A stretch of DNA of 64,000 bases from Octopus sinensis (GCF_006345805.1 NC_042999.1:83390001-83454000), one strand, 5' to 3'; counted from the first letter of the stretch, positions 24,400 to 38,021 are shown. Notes: generated from the letters alone by a model not told the origin. Program-made: numbers and translations.

Positions 24400-25450
24400 T
24401 TTGTTACTACTGCCTCATAGACAACTGGACGATTAATTCAAACTCAGAGACTGTATCGGCCACATAACGAACTTCTTTTTGCCTTTGGTGATTTGTAAAA
24501 ACAATCTTATCACACATTGTATCAGACCGATTCTGCCTGAAAATGTTTGTATACACGTTTGTGGAGTTCACATTCAGCAAAACGTAGTTGATTACTTAGC
24601 AAGAACGATCGTTCCAAATTGATATGCTTAGTTGCATAGGCTCACACACAATTTTTCTTTGTGTGCATGTACTCCACTATCTATGATTTTAGTGTACTGT
24701 TAGCATTATTCTATGTCTAAAACTGTTATTACTTTTTAAGTGGTTTGGCTTGGCTAATTCCGATCTGATGCGAATTTTAGTATTGTCGGTAAGAACATAG
24801 TCGATGTATAATTTACTAGAATTGTTTGGGCTTTTGGTCTTCACTTTTTAACTGCTTCTAATTCTTTACAAATAAGCAGTTTCAATAGTTCTTTTAGGAA
24901 TTTGTTTTTATCCACTGAGATTGGATATATGTTATCAGGTACTACTACCTTTACAATATTATCTAGACTGTTTGCATTCATCTCGCTCCTAGGATCCAAA
25001 AGCATATTTTCAGTAACCTGCAATGATTGCTATTTGTCTCACCTGCTTTCAGTACCAATTTGCTAGTATTGTCACAGCTTGTAATACATATTTACACGCT
25101 TTGTTAAACCCAAGACGAGCAATCATTACACTATACGATAAAACGTTCTCTGTGATCTTCACATACACTATAGTCATTTGAGATCTCTTTTTCTATAACA
25201 TTATTCATGTAATCTTTGTTGGTCAGCTATTGATGTCGAGCAGTTATCAGGAGGCCTTTAATGTCAGCTTTTCAATTCATGCTTCATATGAGTGGTATGA
25301 AATTGTCTGCTCTTTATAAGTCCCGCTTCTTCGACAATAATAGACTACTGGCCATGCAAGAGTTTTCCCCATCATCGGCTTAGCGCAATCTTTTCAACTG
25401 ACTTATTTCACTTCGTTTTATTTTACCTTAATCTTATTAATTTTTCTCCA
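24400..25450 (-). mobile_element. Highly decayed LINE, APE endonuclease-like remnant
   Basis: Minus-strand fragments TAIIAG (cf. IIAGDFN) and YIDYVLTD (cf. IDYIL); many stops. Confidence 0.35.
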
Positions 25451-26032
25451 ATTGATTCACTTACTTCTCATTCTTCCATTTGTGCTGAATATTTGATATA
25501 TTTATTACCCACCACCACCACCACCACCACCCATCGAAAACAGAAAACAATTTCTTATGTTTCATGTTCTTTTAAGTATTTCTGTTAATCTATTGCCAGC
25601 ATTTTCGTATAAAAGTTTAGAGTAAACCTGCGTATGTAAATCTTAAGTAGCGAACTTGTAATAACTGGACACCGCTTCCACCATGTTTTCCACGATAAAT
25701 GCAACGAATCAGTCTCTGGTGTTAGGAGGTAATATCGTCATTAATTCTCTTGTAAATTAGTCTCATTAACCCTTTCGACTCCCAATCCACTGCATTAGCG
25801 CTATAGCATTACTCTTACTAATACGATAAATTCCTATTAATTTAGTCTTAGCATCTAATTAAGGTTAGAGAACTAACATAATGAATTTGTCGTTTGTTTT
25901 TGTTTGTATTTTCTCTTTGGTTCGACAATATGTTATTCTTAGTTATTCCTTCTCACTCTTAGGTATTTGCAGATTTGCTCTAGTTTGACTTTCTGATTTC
26001 ATTATTTTGATTTAACTAATCTAGCTACATGT

Positions 26033-26313
26033 GGAGGCGCAATGGCCCAGTGGTTAGGGCAGCGGACTCGGGGTCGGAGGATCGCGGTTTCGATTCTCAG
26101 ACCGGGCGTTGTGTGTGTTTATTGAGGCCCCGGCAGGAGGTGGTGGCGACCCCTGTTGTACTCTTTCTCTCACTCTTTCTTCCTGTTTCTTGAGTAACGC
26201 TGCTATGGACTGGCGTCCCGTCAAGCTAGGGGGTACACATACGCCACAGAAAACGGGAAACCGGGCCTATGAGCCTGGCTAGGCTTGAAAAGGGCGCATA
26301 AATGAATAAAATA
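26033..26313 (+). mobile_element. SINE H1-T2
   Basis: H1 head with T2 tail (ATGGACTGGCGTCCCGTC ... AAAAGGGCGCAT); 13-bp TSD AATCTA(G/A)CTACAT at 26018-26030 and 26314-26326. Confidence 0.85.
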
Positions 26314-26326
26314 AATCTAACTACAT

Positions 26327-26640
26327 AGTGGTTTAGTGGTTATGGTAATTGGCTCAGGATCATAGGGTCAGGTGTTCGATACTCGGCGGCGCCTTGTGTC
26401 TTTGAGCGAGACACTTTTATTTCACGTTGCTCCACTCCACTCAGCTGGCAAAAATGAGTTGTACCTGTAATTCAAAGGGCCAGTCTTGTTACATTCTATG
26501 TAAGGCTGAATCTCTCTCAGAACTACGTTAGGGGCACACGTGTCTGTAGAGTGCTCAATTACTTGGACGTTAATTTTAACAGCAGACTGTTCCGTTGATC
26601 GAATCAACTGGAAAGTCATCGTCTCAACCGAAGGTGTGCC
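26327..26640 (+). mobile_element. SINE H2-T1
   Basis: H2 head (TTCACGTTGCTCCACTCCACTCAGCTGGCAAAAATGAGT) with T1 tail. Confidence 0.8.
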
Positions 26641-27005
26641 AGTTCTTCATATTTTCTACAGCTGTTTTCAAACAAATCTCCGCACATACAACTTGTACTA
26701 TTTGTAATTGGAATACAGACGATTGTCACAGTAATAAACAAGTTTATTCCGACCCAGTGAGGGATCACTATATAATCGATATCTGCTAGAAATAGCAGTG
26801 AAATCTTTCCAAAATCCCATTCTAATTTCTTATAAAGGATGAAAATATTGTATGACGTAATCCAAGATAAGCAATAGTGGTAGTGAAGTGTCAGAATAAA
26901 TTCTTAGCAGAAACATTTTCGCTTGTCTAAGTCCAAGATATTATATATATGTATAGTAATGCTATAGCGCTAATGCAGTGGATTGAGAGATATAAGTCCA
27001 AGATA

Positions 27006-27236
27006 AGGCGGTGAGCTGGCAGAAACGTTAGTGCGCCGGGCGAAATCCTTAGCGGTATTTCGTCTGTTTTTACGTTCTGAGTTCAAATTCCGCCGAGGTC
27101 GACTTTGCCTTTCATTCTTTCGGGGTCGATAAATTAAGTACCAGTTACGCACTGGGGTCGATATAATCGACTTAATCCCTTTGTCTGTCCTTGTTTGCCC
27201 CTCTGTGTTTAGCCCCTTGTGGGTAGTAAAAAAAAT
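27006..27236 (+). mobile_element. SINE S1, tail A, young copy
   Basis: Perfect 18-bp TSD AGATATAAGTCCAAGATA at 26988-27005 and 27237-27254. Confidence 0.92.
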
Positions 27237-27249
27237 AGATATAAGTCCA

Positions 27250-27336
<87 letters not shown>

Positions 27337-27344
27337 AACGCTTT

Positions 27345-28486
27345 CAAATTTCAAACAAATTTAATTTAATATGGGGTAGGACCGCCTTTGGCAATAATTA
27401 TATCTTAAATTCTACGAGCTATGGACTCGTACAAAGTTTGAATTGTTTACAAAGGAATTTTTGTCCATTCTTCAGCTAAAACAGTCTGTAGTTCTTGTAG
27501 TAATGATGGTAGAAGATATCGACTCCTTACTTGTTTTTCTAAGATACACCATAAATGTTCAATAATATTGAGATATGGGACTGGGGTGGCCAGATAGGAT
27601 GTTCAACTGCACTAGAATATTCTTCGTGCCACTCAGTAACAACGTTAGCTGAGTGAATTGGTGCATTATCATCCTGAAAGATTGCGTTTTACCCCGGAAA
27701 CAGTTCTGCAACCATAGGATGAATTTGATTAGATAAAATGCTATTAATTCTGCCATGAAGGAAAACCATTGGGCTGGCGGATTTCCAAGATATAGCTCCC
27801 CCCCACAGATCATCACAGATCATCCTACATGTTTAACAGTTGGAATAAGGTAGTCTGGGCCAAATACTTCTTTTGGCTGTCTCCACATGTATACTCGGCC
27901 GGTGGTCAGAAATAAGGTAAAGGATGACTCGTCCGAGAAAATAACATTCTTTCACTACTCTAGAGACCAATTCTGTAGGTTTTTACTCCACTCTAAACGC
28001 TTTGCAACGTTTGTTTTTGAAAATAGTGGTTTTCTGATTGCAGCCCTCCCGTGAAATCCTGTTTTGTGAGCTGTACTTTTGTGATCCTTTCTAAAAATTC
28101 GCGTAAGAGTCCAATGGCCCCTATCTGAAAGTTTTGGTTTTCTTCCAGAGTTTTGTTTCGACGAGGAGGTTTATCCCTCTTTCTCAAAGCTGCCATTACT
28201 TCCGAGACAGTACTTATTGATAAACCAAATATTTCGGCTGTTTTCGTTACGCTAGCGCCTGCCATACGAGCATCAACAATTTGACCTCTTTGAAAGTCCG
28301 ATAGTCTGTCATTTTAATGAATTTCAATTAATTTTCTCTAAAAACAGCAATTTTAGCCAAACATATTAAGCGACACTAATAATAAATCAAAAGTCATAAA
28401 AAATACAAGCTCTTGAAGGTTTTATAGATATTTCAAAATTATGATGCTATGATGCTAGGTGTTTCCATTATTTTTTCCAACACCTG
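27345..28486 (-). mobile_element. Tc1-family DNA transposon, decayed
   Basis: TA-CAGGTGTTGGAAAAAATAATGGAAACACC terminus; HTH RGQIVDARMAGASVTKTAEIFGLS; QDDNAPIH and WPPQSPYLNIIEHLW motifs; other TIR not seen. Confidence 0.85.
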
Positions 28487-28719
28487 TATACATACATTCA
28501 CACACACATACATACATACATACATACATACATACATACATACATACATACATACATACATACATACATACATACATACATACACACACACATACACACA
28601 CACATATATGTATGTATGAATAAAGTAAAAGCATCAAAGAATATGTCTGTGTGCGTGCGTATATGTATGTGATGTGTGCGTATGTGTGTGCGTGCGTGCG
28701 TATGTGTTCGTATGTGTGT

Positions 28720-28875
28720 GTGTGTCTGTGTGTGTACCCCCGCCTCACTTCCCAACCGGTGTTGGTGTGTATGGTAACCTTGTGGTTCGGCAACAGAGAC
28801 CGAAAGAAATAAGAATCAGGCTTAAAGAAATAAGAGCTGGCTGCAGTCTAAGTGACTGAAACAAGAAAAGGATAA
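28720..28875 (+). mobile_element. SINE S2 3' half
   Basis: CAACCGGTGTTGGTG ... GTGACTGAAACAAGAAAAG. Confidence 0.65.
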
Positions 28876-28904
28876 AATATATAAAACAACATTCCTCTTG
28901 AATT

Positions 28905-30150
28905 TCTCAGGCCCCTTTTCTGTTTGTTAAGAGAACATGTTGTCTACATTTTCGTGTGGTACAGAACTTATTTGCAAACATATTTGTTAAAAGTTCCCCA
29001 AATAGTGGCAAGCAAGTTGTCGACCTGTAGTTTGAGTCCACAGTATTTTTCTGCTCGCCTTTCATAATAAGGTTTGTCTCATCCTTTGTCATCCAATCTG
29101 AGAGTCTTCTAAGTCGAGGATAACCATTTATTATTTTAGCCATTCCTTGCTAAATCTACCCATATTTGCTAAATTATTTGCTTGAACGTATTAAACGTTC
29201 ATGTAGACCATGTGACCTGATTGTCTCCCGCTTAGATACTTTGATGTCTTCTTTTGTAATGACCTCCGGAAATATTATTACTATGCCAACCTGTTCAAAT
29301 TTTTTTTGCTTTTGTTATTTACTTCTTTTACACTCTGCCGCATCATTGTGGCTATCTTTCTTATTTCATATATCACTACAAAGCTTTTTACTCTTCTCTG
29401 CGTTTAGCACTTCGTTATTATGTCTTTCTCTCCAGATTTCCAAACAATCTTTTCTGATTATTTCGAAACAACTTCTTTTACCAGAAGCCAGTCTATTCTA
29501 TTTTCATATAGGTTTATGTTGGTTGTTTTACTGACATTCTGTTTCACTTCTATTACAACATTTATTCCTCACTTTTCCCTCTTTACATTATATTTTCTTT
29601 CTAGTGTTTTAATTACTCTTTCTTTCTTTAACGATTCTTCTTTAAGTAGATGTAGTCGACTCACCTGCAGCTTCAAGCTATTGATATTGTCTTCAGACAG
29701 TCTTTTCTAACATGGTATTTGTCCGTTTTCAGTTTACCTGCCGTGTAGCCATCTTTTACTATTACTCCTGTTACAAGCCTTGTATAGATTATATACCTCC
29801 AGGAGAGAAGTGGCACATACTTTATAATATTGTCAATTTCTTTAGTTTTGTTTATCACCTTTCTACAAAACCTACGAGGTTAGTAGGCCTTTCTCTATTA
29901 TTTTGTTCAAGTTACTTTAATATCTTATCTATCAATTCAATCTTCTTGTCACTCCGACCGTCATCCAACATTTTTCAGTTTTATTTCCTCTCTCTGCAAT
30001 TCACTAGTTTCGTCACTGTGATTAACACTTTCTCAGCTTTTGCATATTCTTCACTTACGTTACCTTTTAAATTCCTCTTAAGTTTAAGTTCGGTAAGTGG
30101 CCATTAATTCTTAATAAATCGATGTTATCGGTTTTACGTAATATATACAA
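28905..30150 (-). mobile_element. Decayed R4/Dong element, pre-RT and RT start
   Basis: DWMTKDETNLIMK..NYRSTTCLPL..NRKG aligns with EWLTKGKTILIPK..NYRPITCLPT..EQKG of lineage A. Confidence 0.7.
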
Positions 30151-30154
30151 TGCC

Positions 30155-30350
30155 TAAGAGGGCTATTTTCTGTTATATTTTGCATATCTATAAATTATGG
30201 ATATTTTTTAGTTATGTATTTGCATGTTTTTGTTATCATTTTCATAGTACCTATGATTATTGGAATTGTTGCTGTTTTTTGACCCCACATTTGGTTATCT
30301 CTATGTCCAGATCTTTATATTTAGATACGATCTCCATTTCTTTTGAAAGG
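30155..30350 (-). mobile_element. Decayed R4/Dong 3' REL fragment
   Basis: KEMEIVSKYKDLDIEITK ... QKIALLG. Confidence 0.75.
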
Positions 30351-30454
30351 CATCCTCCTCCTCTTCCCTCACCTCCTCCTCCTCCTCCTCCTCCTCCTCC
30401 TCCCTCATATCCTAATCCCTCCGCTCCTCCTCCTCATCATCATCATCATTGTTA

Positions 30455-30679
30455 CAGAAGGCAGGGAGCTAGTAGAATCGTTAGCTTGGCGGGTAAAATA
30501 CTCAGAGGTATTTCGTCTGTCTTTACGTTCTCAGTTCAAATTCCGCCGAAGTTGACTTTGCCTCTCATCCTTTCGGGTGAAATAAGCCGATAAAATGAGT
30601 ACAAGTCAAGTACTGGGGTAGAATTACTCGACTCTCCACTTCCCCATAAATTCCAGGCCTTCTTCCTATAGTAGAAAGG

Positions 30680-30690
<11 letters not shown>
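30455..30690 (+). mobile_element. SINE S1, tail B, running into (ATT)n
   Basis: Tail CCAGGCCTTCTTCCTATAGTAGAAAGG-ATTATT... Confidence 0.8.
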
Positions 30691-30724
<34 letters not shown>

Positions 30725-30777
30725 TATTATTATTATTATTGTTATTGTTATTATTGTTATTGTTATTATTATTATTA

Positions 30778-30820
<43 letters not shown>

Positions 30821-30823
<3 letters not shown>

Positions 30824-31438
30824 TAGTTTTATTTTTATAGCGTGCTTTCACTTCACTACCGAGCGCAGCTCTATGTGCCTTGGGTATGTGCTGTGATTTG
30901 TTGTGATGCTCTGATGGTTACTGTATTGAAAGTGTTTTGCGTATGATGTGGGCAGTGCCCAGTAGTGCGATTTTCTGTATGTTATATGTGTTTGTAAGTC
31001 CTGGTGTTTTTGTTATGTATTTGTCTGAATATTTTTTTATCATGCCTAATGCACCTACTATGATAGGGATTGTTTCTGTTTTTAGATTCCACATTCGAGT
31101 TACCTCTATTTCCAGGTCTTTGTATTTTGAAAGTTTCTCCATTTCTTTTGGAGAAACGTTGTCATCAGCTGGTATTGATACATCAATTAGAAAGCATTTT
31201 TTTTCCTGATCTCTGACAACTATATCTGGTCTGTTGGCTTTAACTTCTCTATCTGTGTGTATTGGCATATCCCAGAGTATGGTTGCTTTCTCGTTTTCTG
31301 TAACCTTTTCTGGTGTGTGCCTATACCATCTTTTTTCTGTTGTTATTCCATAATGTTGGCATAGCTTCCAGTGTATGAAGGTCCTAACTCTGTCGTGTCT
31401 GTGAATATATTCCTTCTCTGCCAGGACTGGGCAGCCAG
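30821..31438 (-). mobile_element. R4/Dong lineage A, 5' truncated
   Basis: ORF 30918-31268 nearly identical to 17892-18179; same 3' terminus CTACTG/AATAAT; (TAA)n on both sides. Confidence 0.92.
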
Positions 31439-31495
<57 letters not shown>

Positions 31496-31695
31496 GAGTG
31501 AGAGAACTGTGCATACAAAGTGACACTGGGGTAAAATATACGGAGCCCTGTATACTCATCATGACTACCCGTCTGATAAGAGTATACTAGGCATATGCAT
31601 CACAACCATATGTGCATGACATGGTGATCTCATATCAAAATAAACAGCGCATGACCTTGCAGGTGGGGCCCAGTTAGAATTTTCTTCTGGTCGAG

Positions 31696-31696
<1 letters not shown>
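31496..31696 (-). mobile_element. 3' UTR fragment of R4/Dong lineage C
   Basis: Reverse complement TACTCGACCAGAAGAAAATTCTAACTGGGCCC matches the sequence after the R4-type ORF at about 45635-45668; (TAA)n on both sides. Confidence 0.6.
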
Positions 31697-31773
<77 letters not shown>

Positions 31774-31774
<1 letters not shown>

Positions 31775-33162
31775 TATGTTTGACTTTTGCCTTATGTCTG
31801 TATAAGTGGGCTCCAAGTCTCACCCAGAGACCTCAAGAGACAACAGTTTGGAAGTTCTGTGCCATATATTTTGGGTTTTTTTTGTTTTTTTCTGGTGTTG
31901 TACTAGTGAATGTCTAATACATAAAAATAAAATTAAAAAAAAAAAATTAAAAAAAGTTTGTTTTAAACCTTGGGATTACATAGAGAGTATTTTGCGTAGG
32001 ATATGAGCAGTTCCCATGAGCACTATCTTTTGAATTTCTGCCATTTTGGGGTTTCCTGGTATCTGAGTTAGGTAGCAATCAGTCCCTTTCGCTATCGTTC
32101 CCAGGGCACCTATGACAACAGGTATTGTTTTAGTCTTCAGCTTCCACATTTTGCTGATTTCTATTTCAAGATCTTTATATTTGCTCAGTTTTTGGTAGGT
32201 CTTGACAGATACGTTTATATCGATTGGGACAGTCATATCAATGAGGAGGCATGTTCTTTGTCTGAAGTCTTTCAATATGATGTCTGGCCTATTTGCATCT
32301 ATCTTCCTGTCAGTTTGAATGGTGAAGTTCCAGAGGAGTGAGATGTGGTCATTTTCAAGCACTGGAGGTGGATTGTGTTCCCACCAGTTTTTTTCATAGG
32401 GCAAATCCAGGTTTTTGCAAATTACCCAGTGAATATATTGTGCAGCTCTATCATGCCTGTTGAGGTACTCTGTAGGCGCTAGAAGACTGCATTTGGAGAC
32501 AACATGATCAATGGTTTCATTTTGTTGTCGGCATACACGACATGTTGGGCTACTGCCGTTCTTTAATATGTTGGCCTGGTAGTTTCTTGTTGGTAGGCAT
32601 TGATCTTGAGCTGCTATGATAAACCCCTCGGTTTCAGATTTTAAGCCAGAGGCCATTAGCCATTGATGGGTCAGGGCTTTGTCAATATCTGCATTATTCG
32701 CTCTCTTTGGGTATTTGCCATAGAGAGGTTTTTCTTGCCATTTATTATTCAGAATATCTAAGGCCGCAGTTTTAGCGCGGGTTTTCATGCGCTTAGCTTT
32801 TTCTGTGCTTGTTTCTTGTATGCCTATCTCTAATTCCGAAATTGGTTGTATTCGGAATTCACTTAGATATTCCTTTGCCTGTTTTGTGACTGAGTATGAT
32901 GCTTTCTTGTTTTCATGTTTTGAGACAAGTTTTAACATCCAGTCCCCAGAGTTTTTCAGGTAGGTGTCCAGGCCAATTGTAGCAATCTTCATTGTTATTG
33001 CCAGTTGCAAAAGACCACGGCCTCCCTCTTTTCTTGGCAGATAGAGTCATTCTGTATCTGCCTTAGGGTGGTGCATTCTATGCATTGTCAACAGTTTCCT
33101 TATTTTTCTGTCGAGCTGACATATTTCAGTAATTGACCAGTTAACAATATTGAAACTGTAAG

Positions 33163-33164
<2 letters not shown>
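31774..33164 (-). mobile_element. R4/Dong lineage B, 5' truncated
   Basis: ORF 31976-33010 (344 aa): GLKSETEGFIIAAQDQ, CRVCRQQNETIDHVVSKC knuckle, RPDIILKD..IDMTVP REL; (TAA)n on both sides. Confidence 0.92.
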
Positions 33165-33226
<62 letters not shown>

Positions 33227-34072
33227 CATTATTATTATTATTATCATTATTATTATTTTCATTATCATCTTAAAATTCTGTTTCCATTTCTTGCTGAGTG
33301 TATTCCTGACATCTATGGCAGAGAAACGCACTGTATAAATTGGTAGGCTATTAAAATGAACACACCAGATTGTTCATTTACCAAGCCATGTGATAGAGAA
33401 AAAAGGGGAAGAAAAGTAAAAAGAAAAAGAAAAAACATAACTTTAGCTCTTCTTGCTTCATATGGAGCATCGGATAACATACAAATATCTACCCAGTACA
33501 GTCGCAAGCTCTTTCATGAGCATGCTCCCAAGTCAAACCAGTTCCATATCTGCCAGACCTATATATCTCCATCGACAATTCTCAACCAAATTTTGACTGT
33601 TCTGTTTCCTGGCTGAGGTTACTTGTATTAGCCACTTACTTTGGATCTGTTCACGTGCATGCTTAATGGCAGTTCTTGTGAAGTTCTTGTCACTGAAAGA
33701 TTTGGATTGTCAATAGAGAATCTCCTTAAAGTTCTAGTCCTTCACCATCATAGAAAAACTATCAATGAAGCCGTCTCCTTGCTTTCTTGTTAATGAATGG
33801 TTGAATCTACTCGTCATTTTCGTAGTAATTTGAATATTGAAGGCAAGGTTGCTAGCCTTGTGCTTCATCCATCTTTCTTTCTCATCACAAGCCTGAGAAG
33901 GATTATACCGAATCCTAACAGGTTCATTAAAGAGGGAAAAAATACTGGGAAAACCAGGAATTAAAAATAATTTTAGTAAAACAAACAAAATAATAAATGG
34001 ACAAACATAAAATGAAATGAAAAACTGACTGAATCGTTACAGATTTAGCTTCACTCAACAGCCTCTATTATA

Positions 34073-34443
34073 TTTTTTACTTGTTTCAGTCATTTGACTG
34101 CGGCCATGCTGGAGCACCGCCTTTAATCGAGCAACTCGACCCCAGGACTTATTCTTTGTAAGCCCAGTACTTATTCTATCGGACTCTTTTGCCGAACCGC
34201 TCAGTTACGGGGACATGAACACACCAGCATCGGTTGTCGAGCGATGTTGGGAGGACAAACACAGACACACAAGCACACATATACATATATACGACGGGCT
34301 TCTTTCAGTTTCCGTCTACCAAATCCACTCACAAGGCTTTGGTCGGCCCGAGGCTATAGTAGAAGACACTTGCCCAAGGTGCCACGCATTGGGACTGAAC
34401 CCGGAACCATGTGGTTGGTAAGCAAGCTACTTACCACAGAGCC
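34073..34443 (-). mobile_element. SINE S2
   Basis: Colinear with 2085-2491. Confidence 0.88.
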
Positions 34444-35129
34444 TACTTACAATTTTAATGGATGAAAAAAAATATGTGAATAAAATTAGTGTGCGCTTCT
34501 TAATATATAAAAAAAGGACTATACACTTAAATTTCAACCAAATATTTTTCTTAACCTGTTAAAATCAAAGATACGGCAGACTGGCCCTGTGGATTAAGGT
34601 ATCATCGCAAAATTTCAAGCATATTTCATATTCTGTCTTCAGTGTATTAACAATTTTAAACCAGTACAAATTGTTTGAAATGAGACAAGGGATTATTAAT
34701 GCTGCAAATTAAATACATTTTGATCTTTCTACGAATAAGAAAAAAAATAACTTCTTTCTCTCATACGAGCGAGAGTTCATAAACGGTGACGTAACTGAAA
34801 TACAAAAATACGAATAAGCTGAAATAAGACCAAATTGTGGAAACTTGTATTGATTCATTCATTCTCTTAAAGGGATCGACAAAGCTCTTTAACACATTCA
34901 GCGAGGAATTAATATTTTTGAGCCCTAAGATAGAAATTTAGAATGAAGTAGAAAAGTTGTTGAAGATTTAAGTGAATCTAAAATCTGTTATCAGGAAATT
35001 TAGGAAGAAAAAATGTCATGGAAGCGAGGAAATTTTAACGCTTTCATAGAGGGAGAGAAAAAAAAAAGCAACTAAAAAAAAACACTAACTCCTACTTTAC
35101 TGGAACTAAATACAAACAGCAAAACCACA

Positions 35130-35135
35130 TCGAGA

Positions 35136-35179
<44 letters not shown>

Positions 35180-35231
35180 TAATAATAATAATAACAACAA
35201 CAGAATAATGATGATGATGTTACCTTTTATG

Positions 35232-35305
<74 letters not shown>

Positions 35306-35339
35306 CAACAGAATAATGATGATGATGTTACCTTTTATG

Positions 35340-35390
<51 letters not shown>
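35130..35390. repeat. (TAA)n tract containing a roughly 108-bp tandem duplication
   Basis: AACAACAACAGAATAATGATGATGATGTTACCTTTTATGATGATAGT occurs at about 35192 and 35301. Confidence 0.9.
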
Positions 35391-35391
<1 letters not shown>

Positions 35392-36199
35392 TAAACCAAT
35401 GCTATTTGCTTATTATTTGTAAATTATTTATTTTATATATATACTGTAGTAAATCGTTGCTCATATCTAAATTGTTTTATTGTTCTTTAAAGCGTTTAAA
35501 TTTTCTTATGTAACATATCAGCAGTGAGAACATAACTGCCATTTATAACATAATTTCTATGTGAATTAGCCTCTAAATAATCTTCCATTTTGCGATTGTG
35601 CATTTGGAACCAAATGAATCGTTAAACTGAAGTATTCTTCTATATGTCATATACATACAACGGAACTCTCTCTCTCTATCTCTGTTTGTCTCTCTGACTG
35701 TCTGCCTGTCTGTCTATCTGCCTGTCTGTTTCTCTTTCTCTCACACACACACACACACTCACACGTGCACATACGTATACATCTAATAATTCCTATCTTC
35801 CTACCTATCTTTCGTGTCACGCTTCAAACTAGTGAACGAAATTCGTAGACATAATCTATTAGAAATACATCATTTATATTCATTTTATCTTAATCGTAGG
35901 GACTCATGAATAAGTATCTTAAATTAAGTATGGTTTATACATATATTCTTACATTTAGTTTTTTCATCGGCCATTAAATTGCAGCCAAGTTGAGCTACCG
36001 CTCTGTAGGGTTTAGTCGAGCATACTGACCCCAGTAATTATTTTAAAGCTAGATATAATTTTATCAATGTGTATTTGTGGAATCGCCAAGTCACGGTAGA
36101 TTAACATCACTGATTTTTAGCGGCATAAACATAAGCACACATAAGCACATTCACACACAGATGTATGTATGTATCTATATACGTAGGTATGTAGATACG

Positions 36200-36645
<446 letters not shown>

Positions 36646-36873
36646 TTTTACTATCAAGCCGTCCGATGAAGCGTAAGCAGGCCAAGACTTCAAAGTCACA
36701 GTCAACAATCATTGTTAAAAAATTATATATACTTTACAAAAATAATGAGTCATCCTTCAGTTAAATGCGAAATTGTTTTTATAAACACAAAAATAATCAT
36801 TACTCTCGAACACAGACACATGTGTGTGTTTTTGTGTGTGCGCGCGCGCGCGCGCGCGCGTGTGTGTGTGTGT

Positions 36874-37240
36874 GGAGGCGCAATGGCCCAGTGGTTAGTG
36901 CAGCGGACTCGCGGTCACAGGATCGCGGTTTCGATTCCCAGACCGGGCGTTGTGAATATTTATTGAGCGAAAGTACCTAAATCTCCACGAAGCTCCGGCA
37001 GAGGGTGGTGGCGAACCCTGTGGTATTCTTAAACCACAACTTTCTCTCACTCTTTCTTCTTGTTTCTGTTGTACTTGTATTTTAAAGGGCCAGCCTTGCC
37101 ACACTCTGTGTCATGCTGAATCTCCCCGAGAACTACGTTAAGGGTACATGCGTCTGTGGAGTGCTCAGCCACTTGCTCGTTAATTTCGCGAGCATGCTGT
37201 ACCGTTGATCGGATCAACTGAAACCGTCGTCGTAACCGAT
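36874..37240 (+). mobile_element. SINE H1-T1
   Basis: A box TGGCCCAGTGG, B box GGTTTCGATTCC, T1 tail. Confidence 0.88.
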
Positions 37241-37266
37241 TTATAAGTTGTATTTCTCCATTTTCT

Positions 37267-37366
<100 letters not shown>

Positions 37367-37779
37367 ATATACGCGTAGAATGGACTATATGCGTGTGTGT
37401 GCGCGCGCGCACGTCTATCTATCTTTCTCTCTATATAAATGTGCGTGTGTATGTGTGTGTGTGTGTGTGTGATTGTGTGAGGAAATATTCATAAAAGGAA
37501 GAACTACTTATAGTATTTCGTATCCACAACAAATCACTAAATACCAATATATGCACAAAGATTGTGAGTGTTCTTATGTCTCTAGTCAAAATTCTATCCG
37601 GGTGGAGTTATTAAATTTTCTTCAGCAAAAAAATAGTTTAAATAAGGAAATCAGAAGACTTCAATAGACATTAGTTATTAACAGTTACTCAAATTCTCTA
37701 GTAGATCAAGTTCTTTTATGGGCACAAATTTACCACAACTGATACAACATTCAAATAACACACACAAACCAGTCTTATA

Positions 37780-38021
37780 GTATAAATAGATAAATGCGCC
37801 CTTTTAAAACCTAGTCAGGCTCATAGGTCCGGTTTCCCGGTTTCAATGGCATATGTGTTCCCCAGCTGGACGGGACGCCAGTCCATCACAGCGATACTCA
37901 TTTTTGCCAGATGAGTGGACTGGAGCAACGTGAAATGAAGTGTTTCGCCCGGTCCAAGAATCGAAACCACAATCTTACGATCATGATGCTGACACCCTAA
38001 CCACTAAGCCACGCGCCTCGA
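37780..38021 (-). mobile_element. SINE H2-T2
   Basis: TSD CAGTCTTATA at 37770-37779 and 38022-38031; colinear with 48892-49150. Confidence 0.88.

Noticed and set aside
24841-25023. Exon-like ORF QVTENMLLDPRSEMN...
   Set aside because: Other frames show decayed APE endonuclease motifs, so a LINE remnant explains it better.
17165-33260. Repeat-spacer alternation superficially like a CRISPR array
   Set aside because: The repeats are variable-length (TAA)n, the spacers are retroelement fragments, the context is eukaryotic and there are no cas genes.
33350-34000. Possible LTR or LINE coding remnant
   Set aside because: No recognisable motif in any frame; left unannotated.
36655-36695. CCGATGAAGCGTAAGC hammerhead-like fragment
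   Set aside because: Lacks the U4 and GAAA core elements.
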